From: Candidatus Vogelbacteria bacterium
GTDB taxonomy: Bacteria > Patescibacteriota > Minisyncoccia > Phycocordibacterales > JACRKE01
NCBI GenBank assembly: GCA_016215335.1
Contig: JACRKE010000037.1
Coordinates: 2,924 to 66,923 of the forward strand
Reading direction: 5' to 3'
Length of the DNA: 64,000 nt
The notes below the pieces were generated by a model. That model made no database searches, was not told where the DNA came from, and saw only the letters and a program-made list of their open reading frames with translations. Both the position numbers and the translations under genes were made by a program. Shown here piece by piece: positions 7,669 through 16,449 of the stretch (position 1 is its first letter; every line of letters begins with the position of its first letter).

Positions 7669-10074
7669 CTATCGTTTCAGACGAGCGAAAATGTTTTCGT
7701 CCACTTCGCGTCTGTCTTGACCGTAAATCAGACGAGACAACTCCTTTAATTTTTCGCGTACCTCAATGTTACCCCTCGGTGCAAATATGACTTTCGTCAA
7801 AAATGGGCGAGTGGGCACACCCCCGATAAGCATCTTTGTATGTCCAAAAAGATTATCTGAAGTCGTGAGATCGTGCGTGTTGAAAACCGGCTCAAACTGT
7901 TTACCTAGAGTTTCAGTATCCGGCACACCGACCCTGAAAGCGATCATGGAACCGACGTTTCCAAATATGGCATCTCTAATTTTGTCCCCCAATTGATTAA
8001 TGAACTGATTGGCGACTGTAAGACACAGACGATATTTTCTGGCTTCTGAAAGAATGGTTCCAATGGTATCCGTTGTGAAATTCTGGAACTCATCCATGTA
8101 CAGATAGAAATCTCGACGATCCTTCTCTTCCTGATCCACTCTCCCAAACGCAGCCATCATAAGTTTGCCTACAATTATCATACCTAGCAAATTTGCGTTC
8201 ATCTCGCCAATTACACCTTTTGGAAGGTTGACGAAGAGAATTTTGCCTTCATCCATAATCTTCCTGAAATCAAAAGCAGACTTCTGCTGACCGATAATAG
8301 GTCTCATATAGTCGTTGTTTACGAATTGTGTGAATTTGGAAGTTATATAAGTTGTCATGTTGGGAAGAGACCCTTCACCCGTACGCTTGGAAGCATTCTG
8401 CCAAAAACCGACAACAAGGGGATCCTTACAAAGTTCGAGTTTGCGATTACGATATTCATCGTCCGTAAACAGACGCTGGACATCGAGAAGGCTTGCGTGA
8501 GATTTCTCATACTGTGCGCACTCTGTGAGCAACAAAAGTGCGTTTCTGAAATAAAGTTCAAACATTGGACCGCCCGTGGTCTTCAAATCATAAAGCTTGT
8601 CGAAAATTGTGAGCATTTCATTCACCACAAACGATCTTTGCTCCGGGTGGTTGAGATCATACTCAAGCATATTGAGGCCAACAGGACGAGACATGTCGGA
8701 AGGGTCAAATATAATAACGTCTTCTATCCTTTCTTTTGGAACATTCGCAATCATTAGATTAAAGAAGTCAGTATTCGGGTCTATGATGCAGACTCCTTTA
8801 CCATTTCTAATATCCTGTGCGGCAAGGCTCGCGAGAAGTGCGGTCTTTCCGGATCCTGTCTGGCCAATGGAGTAAAGGTGGCGCCTGCGATCTTCGTCTG
8901 TCAGTTTTACCAGTTTTGTGTCGCCCCTGAAAACACTTTCACCTAAAATTATCCCCTCGTTCGGAAGATTCTCCGGAGGAGGGGCCTCCTTGTCCTTCAA
9001 CCATTTAACGTATGGCACCGAACTAGAAGTGGTCGGCAAGTGGAACATACTAGCCATCTCTTCGGTATTTAGAAGCATGGATTCGTCTTTCTTAAACTCT
9101 CTGAATGCGTACGAAAATATAAGCCCCCTCACATCTTTCGGCTTAATACACTCTATTGTATTTCTTTGCGGAGAAGAAAACTGAGCAAAGGCGCTGCCGA
9201 TAGAGAGAAGCAGGTCTTCGGCACGATCTTTCACGGTGGCAGCTGTTATAATTCTCAAATTAACTTCGAACAAAGGCTTCGCAATCTTCTGTTGTAGCGC
9301 CTTAATCGCATCTTCGTCGATTATGATTGGCTTTGTTTTGTCGTCATCTTTCTTGTCGTTATCGGTTGTCATGAGAAAAGATTTACCGATTTTTGCAATG
9401 TCTTTACCTCTTACGAATCTAGTGTCAATAGCCTCTGAAAGTTTCGTGCCCTTCTTTAGACTATTGATTGAACTTAGTATGGACTTTTTCGTAGAATCGG
9501 CACTTGGAATCGCAACCATTTGGAGAGAGGCGCCTTCACCTTCAGTCGCGAGCTTGCTAAATGAGCTCAAAATCGGCCCAAATGTATCGGCTTCAGCCTC
9601 TTTGTATGTACGAATTGGCAAGACGAAGCTATCTTTAAGGCGCATGTACGCCGCGGAAGCCTTGGCCCCAGGCGCAAAAATAGTGTAATCAGAAATCTCC
9701 TCAATCTGCGCATCTAGAAATACTCCCTGTATCTGTCTGGCCGCGAATTCTACGTATTGCTTTGGCACGGCAACGTAGAAAAGGATGTCTTGCGTTTTAT
9801 TCAAAACTGAAACCTCGAAAACAAATGGTTGCTTAATGGCCGCAAGAGCTGCGAAAACTTGTTCCGATAGCATTATCTGCTTTGTGAGTTCATTTTTTTC
9901 TTTAGCGGCCTCATCGCCCTCATTTCTCGGCAACCTGAGAGAGAGCAGTCTCAAATCAAGCATCTCTTGGGCAACCTTCGAACCGCCTTTTTTTGCTTTG
10001 AATATCAGATACGCGACCAGGAGCAACAGTGCGACCGCGACCAAAATATATAAATAGAGCGAAATTTGAGACAT
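7669..10074 (-). CDS. VirD4/TraG-TrwB-like type IV secretion coupling ATPase
   Basis: N-terminal TM; DRRRHLYSIGQTGSGKT Walker A; FYLYMDEFQNF Walker B; SEARKYRLCLTVANQFINQL; FGNVGSMIAFRVG. Confidence 0.88.
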   Translation of the reverse strand: MSQISLYLYILVAVALLLLVAYLIFKAKKGGSKVAQEMLDLRLLSLRLPRNEGDEAAKEKNELTKQIMLSEQVFAALAAIKQPFVFEVSVLNKTQDILFYVAVPKQYVEFAARQIQGVFLDAQIEEISDYTIFAPGAKASAAYMRLKDSFVLPIRTYKEAEADTFGPILSSFSKLATEGEGASLQMVAIPSADSTKKSILSSINSLKKGTKLSEAIDTRFVRGKDIAKIGKSFLMTTDNDKKDDDKTKPIIIDEDAIKALQQKIAKPLFEVNLRIITAATVKDRAEDLLLSIGSAFAQFSSPQRNTIECIKPKDVRGLIFSYAFREFKKDESMLLNTEEMASMFHLPTTSSSVPYVKWLKDKEAPPPENLPNEGIILGESVFRGDTKLVKLTDEDRRRHLYSIGQTGSGKTALLASLAAQDIRNGKGVCIIDPNTDFFNLMIANVPKERIEDVIIFDPSDMSRPVGLNMLEYDLNHPEQRSFVVNEMLTIFDKLYDLKTTGGPMFELYFRNALLLLTECAQYEKSHASLLDVQRLFTDDEYRNRKLELCKDPLVVGFWQNASKRTGEGSLPNMTTYITSKFTQFVNNDYMRPIIGQQKSAFDFRKIMDEGKILFVNLPKGVIGEMNANLLGMIIVGKLMMAAFGRVDQEEKDRRDFYLYMDEFQNFTTDTIGTILSEARKYRLCLTVANQFINQLGDKIRDAIFGNVGSMIAFRVGVPDTETLGKQFEPVFNTHDLTTSDNLFGHTKMLIGGVPTRPFLTKVIFAPRGNIEVREKLKELSRLIYGQDRREVDENIFARLKR

Positions 10075-10089
10075 TATTTTAGCACAATC

Positions 10090-10533
10090 TTAGTTAATCA
10101 GATTATGATTTTTGAGCTCATCATAGAGCTTGTCCACGAGGGCATCATGAAATGCGTCCAGTATAAATGGGTCTTCTTCCACAACCTGCTTGATTGTTTG
10201 GCTGATTCCTTTTTCAAAGATAGTGGCCATAAGAGCGTTAATCTTAGCCACAGCATCGTTGTCTAGAGTATCCAAATAAGTCGGTCTCTTGGCTTTAACC
10301 ACGGGTGCGACTTTGGACGAAGCGGACGGGCTAGTTGTGGGCGGGGTGATACTCATTGCCTGGCCCATTACCTCTCCGATTTTTTCAGCCACAACATGAC
10401 GTACCAGCTCTTTTTCCTCGACTATGCCATGTCCAGCTTCAAGCATTCTCCTTTTCTCCTCAATCTGCCTAGACAGCTCGGCTATCTCAGCCTCCACATT
10501 TCCGCGATTTATTTGATCAGTCATAATATCCAT
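10090..10533 (-). CDS. Small hypothetical protein upstream of the VirD4-like gene (likely start ATG 10524)
   Basis: Coiled-coil N-terminus; C-terminal EKGISQTIK..DPFILDAFHDAL; TGcTAAAAT lies 7 nt before ATG 10524. Confidence 0.75.
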   Translation of the reverse strand: MDIMTDQINRGNVEAEIAELSRQIEEKRRMLEAGHGIVEEKELVRHVVAEKIGEVMGQAMSITPPTTSPSASSKVAPVVKAKRPTYLDTLDNDAVAKINALMATIFEKGISQTIKQVVEEDPFILDAFHDALVDKLYDELKNHNLIN

Positions 10534-10593
10534 TTTAGCACGACAAAAGAAGAAAAAGTGTGGACAGCAAAAAAGATTTCCCCAAAATATGCA

Positions 10594-10624
10594 TTGACTA
10601 TGGTTGGAATAAGCAGGACAATTG
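10594..10624 (+). promoter_or_regulatory. Promoter TTGACT-N17-GACAAT, motif shared with 14616
   Basis: TTGACTA-N10-AAGCAGGACAATTG. Confidence 0.6.
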
Positions 10625-10647
10625 GTACATATTCATATCTTTTATAA

Positions 10648-12558
10648 ATGACGGACAGACCTACAAATAGTTCCACGGAGTTGGAAGATTGGTACAACCC
10701 GATGAAACATACTCTCGATCAGCTTCGAGAGAGAATGGCTTTTATAAGAAAGCGCCTAAAAGACGTGGGGGAAATGTCCAAATTGGAACTTACTAACAAA
10801 GACGAAATTGAGGCAGATTTAAAAAGAGAACTCGAAGTTTTAGAAAAAGCCGAAAAAATAAGGACGGTTTTTGCATCAGACCCAGGACAGGTGAGAGAGA
10901 CCGTAAGCGACTCCGCAAAGCCCGCCTCACCAAAAAATGCGACAGGTCCATCGGAAAGTGCTAAAGCAAACCCACTCGTCGACGTACCTGAGTACAAGGA
11001 GGAAACAAGTGTATCCGGGATTTCACCTGAATCAGAGGACGGCGATGCCGAAGTACCGGAAGAAATACTAATTAAGCTCGACGAACTTGATTCGGCAGAA
11101 GAGGAGATCGAGACACTGGCGCTAAAAGCCGACAAAATTTCCAATAAAAGTAGCACGAGCGAACTACTGTCTACCGCTGGCCAACTCTCGGACAAAGTCA
11201 CCGCCTATCGAACCCTCACGGCGGCACTAATTGAACTCGCGGACAAATCGCCAAATGTAAGTGAAAGACTCCTCCAGATTATAGAAGACTCGAGCGAGAG
11301 GTCTGCCTTGGTGGAAAAATTGTACACAAAAAGACACGGGAGACTCCTCCTGATACTAACGGAAATTGCCGAGCAGGAATCAAAAAAAGCACCGACAGAA
11401 GAGGCCGCGCCAGAAACTAAAACGCCGAGTGAGCTTTCGAACCAAGAAGCTCTTAGACGACCTGTTGCAGATGTTTTAAAAGGAGAAACGCCCGAGACCG
11501 AGAATCGAACGCAGTCACCTGAAGAAAAAGCGCCCACGGAGGAAGAAAAATTGGAGGTCTTGCTCAAAAGAGTAGGTTTTACCGAACTCGAGGAAAAATT
11601 TGACCCAATCCTTGTGGAAATATCCGGACTTAAGCCGGGAAGTGACGAGAGGAAGGCGAAGCTTATGGATTTTGTGATTGATTACTACGCCAGCCAAGGA
11701 AAAGTGCTAGGAGGAGCTCAAAACGAAGCGGAAAGAGAATTAATAAGCCAACAGTTCAAAATTATTGATGAAGCGTTACAGGAAGTTTGGAATGATAGTT
11801 TTGAAACGAAAGCAAAATCAGAAACAGCGGAGAGCGCGGGACCTGACGATCTAGCTCACCCAACAGAAGAGTTGTCTGCCCTAACACCTGAAGAAAGGTT
11901 AGAGATAGAGAGCGACGCCGAAGAAACAGAAAAGTTTCTCCTGCAACTTATGGAGGAGATGTCTACCGCAATCGAAAATAAGCTGACAAAGACTTGGCAC
12001 GCGGCTGAATCATCGAAAAAACCAGAACCGGAGAAGGATGATTTATATTTAGAATATGAAAAAGCGCTAATAGAGGCAGAATCAGAACTTTCAGCCGCAC
12101 TTTCAGGAGTGGAGCAAAATCCCAAGTTCAGGAAGTATAATGATCTGCTCACTCGAATAAAGTTTGCTCTAGAACAGACCCGGGCATTAAGACTAAGGAT
12201 TGAGGCCTTGAGAGAGAGTAGGGGCAGTGAATCACACAAAAAACCAGAATCAAAAGAGGAGAGGCTCCAAAATTTAAAGACCAGATCTAGCTCGATTTTG
12301 GATCAGTATTTTTTGGCAAAAGTGCCTGAAGCAAAAACTCTGAAACATGACAAAGACTACTGGGAGGAAGTCCTGGCCACACTGATCTCACTTGTTTCAG
12401 CAATTGATGAAATTGACGAAGCAGGGAAAGAGGAAAACGAAGAGATTAGAGCTATCGCGAAATATTATATAGATATAGCCAATTTCCATAAAGCTGTTAT
12501 GGAAGCGGAAAGAAGAAACCGTGAAGACAAAAATACCTACCAAGGTTTGTTGGACTAA
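10648..12558 (+). CDS. Large acidic helical protein; N-terminal part of a frame interrupted by a single TAA
   Basis: 636 aa E/K-rich; the same frame continues after TAA 12556-12558 into 12592..14220. Confidence 0.7.
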   Translation: MTDRPTNSSTELEDWYNPMKHTLDQLRERMAFIRKRLKDVGEMSKLELTNKDEIEADLKRELEVLEKAEKIRTVFASDPGQVRETVSDSAKPASPKNATGPSESAKANPLVDVPEYKEETSVSGISPESEDGDAEVPEEILIKLDELDSAEEEIETLALKADKISNKSSTSELLSTAGQLSDKVTAYRTLTAALIELADKSPNVSERLLQIIEDSSERSALVEKLYTKRHGRLLLILTEIAEQESKKAPTEEAAPETKTPSELSNQEALRRPVADVLKGETPETENRTQSPEEKAPTEEEKLEVLLKRVGFTELEEKFDPILVEISGLKPGSDERKAKLMDFVIDYYASQGKVLGGAQNEAERELISQQFKIIDEALQEVWNDSFETKAKSETAESAGPDDLAHPTEELSALTPEERLEIESDAEETEKFLLQLMEEMSTAIENKLTKTWHAAESSKKPEPEKDDLYLEYEKALIEAESELSAALSGVEQNPKFRKYNDLLTRIKFALEQTRALRLRIEALRESRGSESHKKPESKEERLQNLKTRSSSILDQYFLAKVPEAKTLKHDKDYWEEVLATLISLVSAIDEIDEAGKEENEEIRAIAKYYIDIANFHKAVMEAERRNREDKNTYQGLLD

Positions 12559-12591
12559 GGTGAAATAAATTTAAGCGACTATGAAGCAGTT

Positions 12592-14220
12592 GTGGGATCA
12601 TTGTTAGAGGCTAAAAAAATGGTGGATCTCGCGGATAATGAAATAGACCAAATTGAACGACTGCACAGAGGAGACCTTTCCCCAAAATACAGTGGGCCGG
12701 GCGGAGAAGAAGAACTCCGCGTTGAAATTTACAAAAGAAAGGAGACTCTGAGAAGCATCGTGGAGCGAATCGAGAATAGGCAATTGTGGCTCAAGGGTTT
12801 GGTTGACGAGGCAAAAGAAAAACTGCAAAAAACCCGAGAACAAAAAGAGAAGGCAACTGACGAAGCATTAAAGCAGATGGGCCGCAACAGCGAAGGCCGT
12901 TTAAAAAGGATTGCCGGACACGTTGGAAAAGAGTTCGCAGAAACAATCTCCGATATGGCGCTCGCCGCAAAGAAGGGCATGGAAAAGTTGGGCTGGAAAG
13001 GCCGGGCGGGTGTTTCGCTCGCGTTGGTGGGACTTGCAATGACAGGAAGTCTGCTTGGGGGAACAACTGGTGCCGGACTCGTGGCGGCATCTTCTATGGG
13101 GGGACTCGCAATGCGAATGAGTAGTGCTCTTGCAATGTCTGTTGTGGCGCATAGCGTAAGCGGCAGATTTACAGATGACAAAATTTGGAGGGGGGCAGCC
13201 GCTATCGGTGGCGGAGTGGTATCATTCTTTGTGCTACCCGAGATCGTTAAATACGGCATGCATGAATCAGGCTTAAGCGACTGGTTGGGAAGTCAATTTG
13301 ATCATGTTAGACACTGGTGGAACGGAGATGCTAACTTACCAGATACTCCCATGGTCAGGCCGGCTGGAGTGGGTCCTTCAGTACATCCCGGAACATCGCC
13401 TCATTCAATAACACCAGTTCAGCCCACAGTAACACCCACGCATCCAGTGCCACCGGTTCAATCTGCGCCAGCAAGTGTAATCCCGACTGAAGGTGACTTT
13501 GATATTGAACCTGAAACAGAAATACCGCCCGCACGAGTAGGGCCTAGCGTAGACCCCACACCAGCGCTAACCGCTGAAAAAATCCCAGAAATGCCTCCTC
13601 TGCCACCAAAACCAATAATACAGATTGAACCACCGGCACCTCCGGAGCCGAAAGTAGCTACACCCATCGAAGCTTCTCCAACTACAACTTCTCCCGAACC
13701 AGTAGTTCCCGCAGAACCTGTTCCATTGGCAAAACCTCCGGTGCCCGCCGAGGCTTTGCCTCACACAGCACATCCGGCGCCAGACGTATCTCGTATAGGG
13801 CTCGACAGGCTACACTATCCTGAAACGGCGATCGTGGGCCCAGAGGATAGTTCGTGGAACTATATCCGTGAGACTCTTAAAGCGTCAGGCGTTGGATCTC
13901 CAAGAGAGGTTGAAAATATAACCGGCAATATCGTAAGAAGAATAGAATTTCTTGGCTCGAATCCCAGCGCCTTACACGACACACTTGAAAAAATAGGCAA
14001 GGAAGGCCTAAAAGAATTGAACCTGACTGAAAATTCTTCATACAAAGAAGTCCTACGCGCGCTTGGCTATCAAGGCAATAATCCGTCTCTTAGAAATATT
14101 TACGACGGAGCCAAGGCGCCAAACATAAAAGGCCTCCTTAAGGTTGTGGGCGGAGAGGAGCAACTCAAGCGCTGGGTAATCCACGCGCACGATCTGATCA
14201 TGAGAGCGGGCCTTAAATAG
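12592..14220 (+). CDS. Gly/Ala-rich membrane segment, Pro-rich linker and divergent LysM-like C-terminus; candidate secreted effector
   Basis: AGVSLALVGLAMTGSLLGGTTGAGLVAASSMGG; P/T/E/V linker; IVGPEDSSWNYIRETL...NPSLRNIYDG. Confidence 0.65.
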   Translation: MGSLLEAKKMVDLADNEIDQIERLHRGDLSPKYSGPGGEEELRVEIYKRKETLRSIVERIENRQLWLKGLVDEAKEKLQKTREQKEKATDEALKQMGRNSEGRLKRIAGHVGKEFAETISDMALAAKKGMEKLGWKGRAGVSLALVGLAMTGSLLGGTTGAGLVAASSMGGLAMRMSSALAMSVVAHSVSGRFTDDKIWRGAAAIGGGVVSFFVLPEIVKYGMHESGLSDWLGSQFDHVRHWWNGDANLPDTPMVRPAGVGPSVHPGTSPHSITPVQPTVTPTHPVPPVQSAPASVIPTEGDFDIEPETEIPPARVGPSVDPTPALTAEKIPEMPPLPPKPIIQIEPPAPPEPKVATPIEASPTTTSPEPVVPAEPVPLAKPPVPAEALPHTAHPAPDVSRIGLDRLHYPETAIVGPEDSSWNYIRETLKASGVGSPREVENITGNIVRRIEFLGSNPSALHDTLEKIGKEGLKELNLTENSSYKEVLRALGYQGNNPSLRNIYDGAKAPNIKGLLKVVGGEEQLKRWVIHAHDLIMRAGLK

Positions 14221-14235
14221 TTAACTTTCACCAAA

Positions 14236-14547
14236 ATGTTGCCATCACAAAAACAGATTAGAGAAACTATAATTAAAGAGTTAGACCTTGGACTTTTGTC
14301 GGCCGAAAAACAGACTGAAATAATAACCGGCCTTGCCGAGGAGATAATGAAGCGCGTAATGATAATGGCTATGGAAAGATTGCCGGCGGAGAGGCATGCT
14401 GATTTCAAATCACTTATAGGAGGAGACGAGCTTACGATTGTTAAATTTTTAGATGAAAATATCCCCGAGTTTCAGAAACTGATTGACCACGAAGTGAAGT
14501 CCGCCATAAAGGAATTTCAGGAATTGAGCGGTGCTCGGAAAAAGTAA
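14236..14547 (+). CDS. DUF5663-like small helical protein
   Basis: IIKELDLGLLSAEKQTEIITGLAEEIMKRV...FLDENIPEFQKLIDHEV; paralog of 15770 and 16102. Confidence 0.75.
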   Translation: MLPSQKQIRETIIKELDLGLLSAEKQTEIITGLAEEIMKRVMIMAMERLPAERHADFKSLIGGDELTIVKFLDENIPEFQKLIDHEVKSAIKEFQELSGARKK

Positions 14548-14615
14548 CTAATCAAGAAAACAGTCATCAAATGTGAATGCGTGGCAGTTTTGCACCGAGC
14601 ATCCACATTTTTTGC

Positions 14616-14646
14616 TTGACTAAATATTCACAAAGCACGACAATTG
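14616..14646 (+). promoter_or_regulatory. Promoter TTGACT-N17-GACAAT, motif shared with 10594
   Basis: TTGACTA-N10-AAGCACGACAATTG. Confidence 0.6.
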
Positions 14647-14672
14647 TATGCATAGTTTAACTTGTCTAATAA

Positions 14673-15767
14673 ATGCCCGACGCAACATCTACTTTACAGA
14701 CTGATAATCACGAGGAAGTGCTGAAAGCTCTTGATTCGCGCCTAAAAGAAATAAAGGATCAAGCAGGACTGCATGACAATCTTGTTGCTGGAGCAAATGC
14801 TCTAAACATTAATGTTCCAGTAGCCAGTGTTCCCTTAAATTTACCGACAGTTGAATCTCCAAATATAAACTTAACTCCTAAGACGGCAGAAACCCTTGTC
14901 GAGGCCGAAAAGATAATCACAGAAATTGTACCCCCGTTACCCACGGTACCAATTTTAAATGTCTCCCCAGTTATAGAAAAAGCGCCCATAACGTTACAAC
15001 CGGAGATTTCTTTATCTAAAGCAGTAACAGCGCCACCTAATGTAACCGTAGCTCCTATCGCTAATAAGGAAGAGGTCAGAACCGAAGTTAAAACAGAAAT
15101 AGTACCCCAAAAAATAGAACAAATCGGACCGGTTATTTCTATGCCCTCGATGCGAAAGATTGATATCGCCAATCCCAATGTCGAAGAACACCAAACGGAA
15201 GTCCCCGTCGCTTCAGACTTTGTTGTTCACAAGATACCGGAAGGCAAGTCAATCGTAGTGGTGGAATTTGAAAGAGACATAGCGGCCATTGATGCAAAGT
15301 TAGATCAAATCGAAGAAGCGCAAAACAAAATGTCTGAAGAAGCGACAGCGCTCACAACAAACAAACATTCACTCGAGATTGCTAAAAGCCAAGCGATAAC
15401 TCACGAAAGGACACAAAAAGAAAAACTGTCGAGAAACATTCGAGAACTGGCACAAAATATGGTGGACGCAGTAATGACAAAAGCTCCTCAGAAAGACAGA
15501 CTAAAACTTCAAAAAGAGTACGACGGTCTTTTAGAAGAACTCCGGCTGGTTACTGAAGAGGGAATCACGGACGATTATATGCCAAAGAAAGGTGCGGATG
15601 TTGTCTCGCCTGAAACAAAAATTGATCTAAGTGACAAAACAAAGATCAAGGAAGCTCTACTGAAACAAAGAGAATCAATCGAGTCAGACAGAGATGAGTG
15701 GGTAGGGGACCCCATGAACGGGCTAGTCGCAGCCGCCTTAGTAAGTGATTCCTTGTCTATAAATTAG
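14673..15767 (+). CDS. Hypothetical protein (Pro/Val-rich linker plus coiled coil)
   Basis: 364 aa ORF, no signal peptide, stop 2 nt before a DUF5663-like gene. Confidence 0.7.
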   Translation: MPDATSTLQTDNHEEVLKALDSRLKEIKDQAGLHDNLVAGANALNINVPVASVPLNLPTVESPNINLTPKTAETLVEAEKIITEIVPPLPTVPILNVSPVIEKAPITLQPEISLSKAVTAPPNVTVAPIANKEEVRTEVKTEIVPQKIEQIGPVISMPSMRKIDIANPNVEEHQTEVPVASDFVVHKIPEGKSIVVVEFERDIAAIDAKLDQIEEAQNKMSEEATALTTNKHSLEIAKSQAITHERTQKEKLSRNIRELAQNMVDAVMTKAPQKDRLKLQKEYDGLLEELRLVTEEGITDDYMPKKGADVVSPETKIDLSDKTKIKEALLKQRESIESDRDEWVGDPMNGLVAAALVSDSLSIN

Positions 15768-15769
15768 AA

Positions 15770-16078
15770 ATGTCAAAAACAAAGAAGGTACTCAAGGACA
15801 TTATTATAGAACAGCTCGGCATAGATGAACTTCCCAAAGAAGATCAGGATGAAATCGTGGCTGGCATAAGCGGTAACGTCCTAAAGTCCATTACTCTCGC
15901 AATCCTAGAAAGGGTACCTAAAGACGACAGGCCCAAATTCGACAAGGTTAAAGAGAAAGGCGACAGAGAAGAGATAAAAAAATTCCTACAAAAATACGTT
16001 TCTGATCTTGAGTCTCTAGTAGAAGAAGAGACCAAGAAATGCATCAATGAGTTCAGGGCAATCGTTGCGTCGCTTTAA
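15770..16078 (+). CDS. DUF5663-like small helical protein
   Basis: IIEQLGIDELPKEDQDEIVAGISGNVLKSITLAILERVP...FLQKYVSDLESLVEEE. Confidence 0.8.
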   Translation: MSKTKKVLKDIIIEQLGIDELPKEDQDEIVAGISGNVLKSITLAILERVPKDDRPKFDKVKEKGDREEIKKFLQKYVSDLESLVEEETKKCINEFRAIVASL

Positions 16079-16101
16079 AGACAAGCCACTGAATTACTAG
16101 C

Positions 16102-16449
16102 TCACAGCCCTGCCATAGCTGGACTTTTCAGAACAGATAGATCTGAAACAAGATCTATTCTTATTTTGTTGAGTGCGTTTAACACCCGCAAAGAGAAATC
16201 AGGTATTTGAGAACCTATTTTTTCCATTACCCCTCTCGGGTCTGGCTTTTCTGATTCAATCTCTTTTTTGACGAGTGCGGCCTGTTCGGGATCCATCGCT
16301 CCAACCATTTCTAGGAAAAGGCGCGCGTTCACCCTGTCGATGAGAGTTTTTTTGAACTGCCAATAGTGCATCGAGTCGTCTTTTTCGTTTACTCCTACTT
16401 CATCTAAGATGTCCACTACAAACTGCTCAATTATATTTATTTGTTCCAT
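16102..16449 (-). CDS. DUF5663-like small helical protein (divergent)
   Basis: ILDEVGV...LIDRVNARLFLEMVGAMDPEQ...IGSQIPDF; overlaps the stop of the upstream large gene. Confidence 0.6.
   Translation of the reverse strand: MEQINIIEQFVVDILDEVGVNEKDDSMHYWQFKKTLIDRVNARLFLEMVGAMDPEQAALVKKEIESEKPDPRGVMEKIGSQIPDFSLRVLNALNKIRIDLVSDLSVLKSPAMAGL

Noticed and set aside
12556-12558. Selenocysteine or pyrrolysine recoding
   Set aside because: The stop is TAA, not TGA or TAG
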